DNA of 64,000 bases, from the NCBI GenBank assembly GCA_035623825.1, contig DASPSR010000042.1, forward strand, positions 36,883 to 100,882, read 5' to 3'. A program made the translations under genes and the position numbers. The stretch comes from Nitrospirota bacterium. GTDB taxonomy: Bacteria; Nitrospirota; UBA9217. Below, piece by piece: positions 58,848-64,000 of the stretch. The notes beneath the pieces are model-generated. The model was not told the origin of the DNA. It saw nothing but the letters and a program-made list of their open reading frames with translations, and made no database searches. Every line of letters begins with the position of its first letter. Positions within the stretch are counted from its first letter, which is position 1.

Positions 58848-60122
58848 CTATTGTTTCCTCCTGATGAGGTTCACTGAGAGCAGGATGAACATGCTCTTTG
58901 CCACCTCAAACTCGCTCAGACAGGACTCATCGATGATATCCTGCACCGTTCGTTTTCCATTTACAAGCGAGAAGACTTTCATATCAGCATTGCTCATGCC
59001 GCGCGCCGAGAGTTCCTCAGCATCCCCGATCATGGGTTCAAATACGACGGTAAAACTTGGGATTTTTTGGTGAATAAGTGTCCATTCGTCCGCCCGGCGC
59101 GCTCCTTCAAGAAGAAGGTCGTCCACCTTGAGCTGCATTTGCGTGGCGAATAATGGTGGAGGGGCTTTTTCAAAAAAGAAGGTCCCTTCGTTCCATGCCA
59201 TAACTTTATACACCGCTGACTCTGTGTGGCGCTTGAGACAGTCTGCAAAGGTTTTGATATCGAGCATTTTTTCCTGCGCCAGAATCCGATCGATTGGCTG
59301 GCTGGTCATTTCGGCGATGCGGAGAGCATGTCGGAATCCATTTTCCGGCAGCCTGCAGGATTTCCTGAGCAGCCCCTCCAAGCCGGATGTCCCGCCACCG
59401 ACGTTCGTCGACGCGAACACAATCATACCGTCCTTGAAGTAGATCTCGGCGTTTTCGTCGTTCCGGGAAATCTCGAGCCTGCCCGTCTGGCGCTGAAGCC
59501 CGAGTAATTGCAGTACTTCGACTATTCTGAAGCTGGCTAGGTTCCCTTGAATGCCCGGGGTCTCGGGATGCGGTGCTTTCCCCAGCTCCTTCCTAATCAT
59601 TTCCGGTAGCGTCTTTTTTAAGAATTCATCCATTACCCGCTCAACTGTGGATCTGATCATTGCCTCGAGCCCGGCTGGGGCAGATGGCGGGATGACCGGA
59701 ATGGTTTCCTGCGCAGGCTCTGCAGGCGGTTGGGTTGCACGCGCCGGTTTTTGTTTATCGATAGCTTCGCGGATTTTTGCAAGGAGCTCTTCAGGCTGGA
59801 AAGGCTTCGTAAAGTATTCGGTGATGCCGAGTACGTCCACGAACTTGCTGCCGACCTTATCGCCCTTGGAAGTCACAAGGATGATGGGTGTGTCCTTGAA
59901 ATCAGGGTCTTCCTTTAGCGTCTTGCAGACCTGAAACCCATTCATCTTGGGCATCACGAAGTCCACAAGGATAACGGAGGGCCGTTCAGACCGAGCTTTT
60001 GCAATACCCTCCTCGCCATCGGACGCAAGGATGACCTGGTAGCCCTGCGACGACAGGATCATTTCAATGAGCCTCTGTACGGTCGGGCTGTCGTCAATAT
60101 CGAGTATTTTTTCCCCTGCCAC
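58848..60122 (-). CDS. REC plus DUF4388 protein (PatA/PilG-like)
   Basis: N-terminal REC; GIQGNLASFRIVEVLQLLGLQRQTGRL, VMAWNEGTFFF, LLLEGARRADEW. Confidence 0.88.
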   Translation of the reverse strand: MAGEKILDIDDSPTVQRLIEMILSSQGYQVILASDGEEGIAKARSERPSVILVDFVMPKMNGFQVCKTLKEDPDFKDTPIILVTSKGDKVGSKFVDVLGITEYFTKPFQPEELLAKIREAIDKQKPARATQPPAEPAQETIPVIPPSAPAGLEAMIRSTVERVMDEFLKKTLPEMIRKELGKAPHPETPGIQGNLASFRIVEVLQLLGLQRQTGRLEISRNDENAEIYFKDGMIVFASTNVGGGTSGLEGLLRKSCRLPENGFRHALRIAEMTSQPIDRILAQEKMLDIKTFADCLKRHTESAVYKVMAWNEGTFFFEKAPPPLFATQMQLKVDDLLLEGARRADEWTLIHQKIPSFTVVFEPMIGDAEELSARGMSNADMKVFSLVNGKRTVQDIIDESCLSEFEVAKSMFILLSVNLIRRKQ

Positions 60123-60158
60123 CTGACCTCCCTGATATAAATCCTTAAATTCCTTTTA

Positions 60159-60188
60159 ATATTAGCATGTTGCAAAAGGCATTGTCAA
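60159..60188 (-). promoter_or_regulatory. Sigma70 promoter for the Pil/Chp-like cluster
   Basis: TTGACA-18 nt-TAATAT with extended -10 TG. Confidence 0.5.
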
Positions 60189-60281
60189 CAGATGATAGCG
60201 TTTGGGAAAAAGGTGTCGTGCCATCATCAGACCTCGGCTCAGTGCGATCTGCGGAATCCGGTAGCTATGACAGGTCCAAGG

Positions 60282-61472
60282 TTAAAACTGCGCAGCCACC
60301 TTATCAATGAACTCCTCGGTGAGCGCGTATTTCTTAGGCCTCGGCTCCGCGATCGCGGCCAGATCCTTCGTCATGAACCCATTTTCTATAGTCTTAACTA
60401 CGATCGACTCGAGCCTGCGAACAAACTCCACCACCGCCGGGGTTCCGTCCAGCTCCCCGCGCCGAGCGATCGCTCCTGTCCATGCAAAAATAGACGCTAC
60501 CGAGTTGGTCGACGTAGGGTTTCCCTTGAGATGCTCATAGTAATGGCGCATGACCGTACCATGTGCTGCCTCGTACACAAATTTGCCCTCCGGCGAGACG
60601 AGGACTGAGGTCATAAGCCCCAGGCTCCCGAAGCCTGAGGCCACCATGTCGCTCATCACATCGCCGTCGTAGTTCATGCATGCCCAGAGCATGCCTCCCT
60701 CGGCCTTCATGATCTGCGCCACTGCATCATCGATAAGCATGTAGCGATACGTTATGCCCAGTTTATCGAAATCCGCCTTTCGCATTGCTGTCTCCTGGCC
60801 GAAGATTTCTTTAAAATAGGCATGATAGGTCTTGGATATGGTGTCTTTTGCGCCAAACCAGAGATCGGTCTTTTCGCCCAGAGCATAATTGATGCAGGCT
60901 TTTGCGAAACTCCTGATGGACCTCTCGGTGTTGTGCATGCCCATGATCACACCCGGGCCCTTGAACTCGTGAATCGCAAGGCATACAGGTTCTCCACTTG
61001 CCGGCGTGAACACAAGTTCCGCCGTGCCCGTCCCCCTAACCTGATATTCTACGGACCTGTAGATGTCGCCATAAGCGTGCCTGCCGATGCTGATCGGCCT
61101 CTTCCAGCTACGCACCGCCGGAGGAATGTTTTTCACGATGATCGGCTTGCGAAAGACCGTTCCGTCTAGAATCGAACGGATCGTTCCGTTCGGACTCGGC
61201 CACTGCTTCATAAGATGGTACTCCTTCACTCGCGCCGCGTTCGGTGTGATCGTTGCGCACTTCACACCCACCCCGTACTCGATGATGGCTTTCGCGGCAT
61301 CTACTGTTACTGTATCACCGGTCTCGTCGCGGTGCTTGATGCCGAGGTCATAGTATTTCAGGTCGATGGCGAGATGAGGAAAGAGCAGCTTTTCCTTGAT
61401 CATCTTCCAGATGATCCTCGTCATCTCGTCGCCGTTCATCTCCACAATGGGGTTCTTTACCGCAATTGCCAC
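60282..61472 (-). CDS. icd: NADP-dependent isocitrate dehydrogenase
   Basis: [49 protein letters not shown]. Confidence 0.97.
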   Translation of the reverse strand: MAIAVKNPIVEMNGDEMTRIIWKMIKEKLLFPHLAIDLKYYDLGIKHRDETGDTVTVDAAKAIIEYGVGVKCATITPNAARVKEYHLMKQWPSPNGTIRSILDGTVFRKPIIVKNIPPAVRSWKRPISIGRHAYGDIYRSVEYQVRGTGTAELVFTPASGEPVCLAIHEFKGPGVIMGMHNTERSIRSFAKACINYALGEKTDLWFGAKDTISKTYHAYFKEIFGQETAMRKADFDKLGITYRYMLIDDAVAQIMKAEGGMLWACMNYDGDVMSDMVASGFGSLGLMTSVLVSPEGKFVYEAAHGTVMRHYYEHLKGNPTSTNSVASIFAWTGAIARRGELDGTPAVVEFVRRLESIVVKTIENGFMTKDLAAIAEPRPKKYALTEEFIDKVAAQF

Positions 61473-61611
61473 AGTGAGTCTCCTCTGGCGTGCTGGATGT
61501 TATTGTGTTATTGCTGCAGGAGATTTTAATGGTCGGAGGGAAAATTGTCAACAGAACATTCTATAAGCCTTGCGACAGTTCGCATCGGAAAAATGAGATG
61601 CTGTTGGGATT

Positions 61612-62325
61612 CTATTTACCCTTCAAAAATACCACGAACGCACCGCTCCCGCCCATGTTGCGCGCAGCCGGCGCAAACTCCGCGACCATCCCTCTTCCCT
61701 TTCCCCGCAGCCACTCTGCAACAGCGCCCTGGAGCACCGGCCCGCCGGCAGAATTGATCCCCTTGCCGGTGATGACCAGGACCGCACGATGTCCGCCTCT
61801 GTACGCTTCCGCGATGAACCGCTCAAGGCGTTTCAGCGCCTCCTCTTTCACATATCCGTGGAGGTCGAGCTCACCCGACAGCGTGATCGTCCCCCGCTTC
61901 AGCTCTCGTATCCGACTGCCCGTCGATCTGCGCTCCGGTTCATCCTCATTGGTCTTCAGTGATTCATCGCGGAGAGCATCACTGATTTCCTGAATGGCGT
62001 GAAGAAAGAGCCCTTGTTCGTCCGTGTCCTCTTCTTCAGGGGGGGTTGCGGTTTTGTATTGCATCGCGTCTTGCCGATTCTCGAACCGACGCGGAATTGT
62101 TCTTACCCCCTGAACGGCTCGCAGAAAGAGGCCGGTATCGTCATCAGCCTTTTCTTTTCGCTTTGGCGTCGTGGCCGTCTTTTCCCGGGAGGCATCGGCG
62201 GCGGGCTTAAAACTTTTGAGAGACTCGAAGGGATTATTGTTGAAATCACCGTGGTCTTGTCTGCGATTTTTTGATTTTTTCATATGATGAATGGCTTTCT
62301 TCTTCATCCCGTGCTGCCGAGGCAA
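61612..62325 (-). CDS. Smr/MutS2-domain protein
   Basis: LDLHG, VLVITGKG..S, GGSGAFVV. Confidence 0.92.
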   Translation of the reverse strand: MPRQHGMKKKAIHHMKKSKNRRQDHGDFNNNPFESLKSFKPAADASREKTATTPKRKEKADDDTGLFLRAVQGVRTIPRRFENRQDAMQYKTATPPEEEDTDEQGLFLHAIQEISDALRDESLKTNEDEPERRSTGSRIRELKRGTITLSGELDLHGYVKEEALKRLERFIAEAYRGGHRAVLVITGKGINSAGGPVLQGAVAEWLRGKGRGMVAEFAPAARNMGGSGAFVVFLKGK

Positions 62326-62529
62326 CTGCCGCCAGTGTTGCCATCAGTGGAAAACGGATCTCAAAAAACCCGAAGAAAATTTGTGCATCGGGGCATCATG
62401 GCCTTGATGCGTCCTCGCGTTTCGCTCGGCATGAGCAATCTTACCCGCGTCATCTGGTTTTGTCAATCTGTCGGCCAGGGCCTTTGACGCTTCACGGTGG
62501 CTGTCCTTAGATAAATTCTATTTTATCAA

Positions 62530-62558
62530 TTGACTCTAACGGCCTTTTTTGATATAGT
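62530..62558 (+). promoter_or_regulatory. Sigma70 promoter for dksA
   Basis: TTGACT-17 nt-TATAGT with extended -10 TG. Confidence 0.6.
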
Positions 62559-62636
62559 ATAGTACTTTGCAAAGGGCAAGCATCCTGATCCTCGCTTTCG
62601 GCAATGCCCTCCATACAGCATTGAGAGGTTGTTGGA

Positions 62637-62999
62637 ATGGACAATAAACTTCTAGCGATCAAAAAGAAGCTCGAAAAACAACGGGGAGATCTTCTTTCCG
62701 AAGCAGAACACACGCTCAACAACAAGCTCAGCAAGGAGAAGGAAAGCTTCCCCGATCCAACGGACCAAGCCGTTGCGGAACTGGACAGCAATTTCCTCCT
62801 CCGGCTGCGTGGGCGGGATCTGAAAATGCTAAAGAAGATAGAAGATGCGATCTCCAGGATTGAAAGCGGCACCTATGGCATTTGCGAATCGTGCGGGGAA
62901 AAGATAAGCCACAAGCGGCTCGAAGCAAGGCCTGTAACCACACTCTGCATAGAATGTAAGACGCGGCAGGAGGAGGAAGAGAAGATCCAGGCGGGGTAG
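62637..62999 (+). CDS. dksA: RNA polymerase-binding protein DksA
   Basis: FPDPTDQA coiled-coil tip; YGICESCG..I...RLEARP..TLCIECK zinc finger. Confidence 0.95.
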   Translation: MDNKLLAIKKKLEKQRGDLLSEAEHTLNNKLSKEKESFPDPTDQAVAELDSNFLLRLRGRDLKMLKKIEDAISRIESGTYGICESCGEKISHKRLEARPVTTLCIECKTRQEEEEKIQAG

Positions 63000-63033
63000 G
63001 CCTCGAGGATATGGAGGCGCGTACTACAAAAAG

Positions 63034-63067
63034 AAAGGCCAGCCGATTTAGGCTGGCCCTTTTATTT
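63034..63067 (+). terminator. Intrinsic terminator after dksA
   Basis: GGCCAGCC-GATTTA-GGCTGGCC followed by CTTTTATTT. Confidence 0.75.
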
Positions 63068-63314
63068 CCATAGGAGGCGCTGACGGGTTTGGACCAGCAA
63101 CCTGCGAGGAGAGTGCAAAAATAGAAATTCCATAGACGCATCGAAGGTACACTGGCCTCCCAAAAAAGAAATGTTTTGAAATCGGTTGTAATCTTAATTA
63201 CTTCCAACCGGCCTTGTGATCCCTGAGTTTCACGATTCAGGGAGGGTACAACACGGAAAACCGCAACGGTAAAACCATGCAGTTATCCATTGCTTACTCT
63301 TTCAAGGGTCAGTC

Positions 63315-63343
63315 TTGACTGTCATCATGTTGTTGCTTATACT
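63315..63343 (+). promoter_or_regulatory. Sigma70 promoter upstream of the 60-aa ORF
   Basis: TTGACT-17 nt-TATACT. Confidence 0.55.
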
Positions 63344-63434
63344 TGATTTCATCTGGGCACAGGTGGGTAAACTTTTTTTCTCTTTTTTTAGAAGGTTGAA
63401 TTAGGTCGTCAAATATAAAGCAAAGGAGAAACGA

Positions 63435-63617
63435 ATGATGGACAAAGACAAAATGCCTCTTTGTGAAGCAGCAAACTATTTTAAGGAAGAGATTCTTGAA
63501 ATCATGCCGGATATTCCTGTAGCCCAACTTGCTGACATGGTGTCATTATATATCTATTATCAATATGGTATCACCAAAGAAGAAGCAAAGAAGGTCATTC
63601 AGGAAACCTGTTTCTGA
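63435..63617 (+). CDS. Small hypothetical protein (60 aa)
   Basis: AAGGAGA RBS, upstream promoter, protein-like composition, tandem stops TGATGA. Confidence 0.6.
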   Translation: MMDKDKMPLCEAANYFKEEILEIMPDIPVAQLADMVSLYIYYQYGITKEEAKKVIQETCF

Positions 63618-64000
63618 TGAGAGGGGAAGGTTAAGTTTTAAGCTATCCTATTTCGGTTATTCTGCTGATCAGCGCACTCGCCGCTTCTCCGCGCAGTGTC
63701 AGCAATGCGCAGCAGCTGGCCAGCCGTCTTGCCCACCCCTGCCGCGTGAAGGAGAAAACACAATTTATTTTGATTCCTTGGATTTGTGCTTGGTTCCCCG
63801 TTTTGTTCTTTAAATCCTTTTGTTATCGGCATTACAATGGGTTTCTTTGCATTAATTTTCTTTTGCCCTTCAGACTCAAGCAACCTGCAACACTAGGAAT
63901 AACATTATTTCACCTGACTTCGCTTTACCCCCCAAAATAAATTATACCTTTTGTCCGCTCCGGGAACAGTGTCTGTCGTAGTTCAGGACAACGGGCCGGG

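Overview
A gene-dense chromosomal segment, almost all on the minus strand, from a Gram-negative and probably anaerobic bacterium. Gene content and order look Nitrospirota- or Deltaproteobacteria-like, which is an inference. No CRISPR array, prophage, integrase or transposase was seen. (1) 1-21.1 kb is a chemosensory cluster: DUF4388-GAF, cheY, cheA, ExeA-like ATPase, cheW, two long MCPs, cheW, HEAT-repeat protein, cheR, cheB. Between the first cheW and the MCPs sits a co-oriented, tightly packed porin-cytochrome set: an OmcB-like decaheme lipoprotein, an MtrA/DmsE-like decaheme and an MtrB/PioB-like barrel, plus an orphan periplasmic binding protein overlapping the first MCP. This is the best candidate for an undescribed system, an extracellular electron-transfer conduit wired to chemoreceptors. 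A ~335-bp reciprocally decayed duplication brackets a promoter-bearing spacer upstream of cheY. (2) 21-51.6 kb is mostly housekeeping: yajQ, lolA, ftsK, rnj, a two-subunit biotin carboxylase, an NlpC/P60-DUF1460 hydrolase, tRNA-Leu(GAG), ilvE, a NarL-type two-component system, usp, bfr, aconitase, galT-like, coaX, birA, nadC and valS. It also holds unannotated glgP and uppP relics and a candidate structured leader RNA before the carboxylase operon. (3) 51.8-60.1 kb is a Pil/Chp-type chemosensory cluster followed by a RomR-like polarity regulator. (4) The end carries icd, an Smr protein, dksA and a small ORF. All calls come from reading motifs by eye; no database searches were run.
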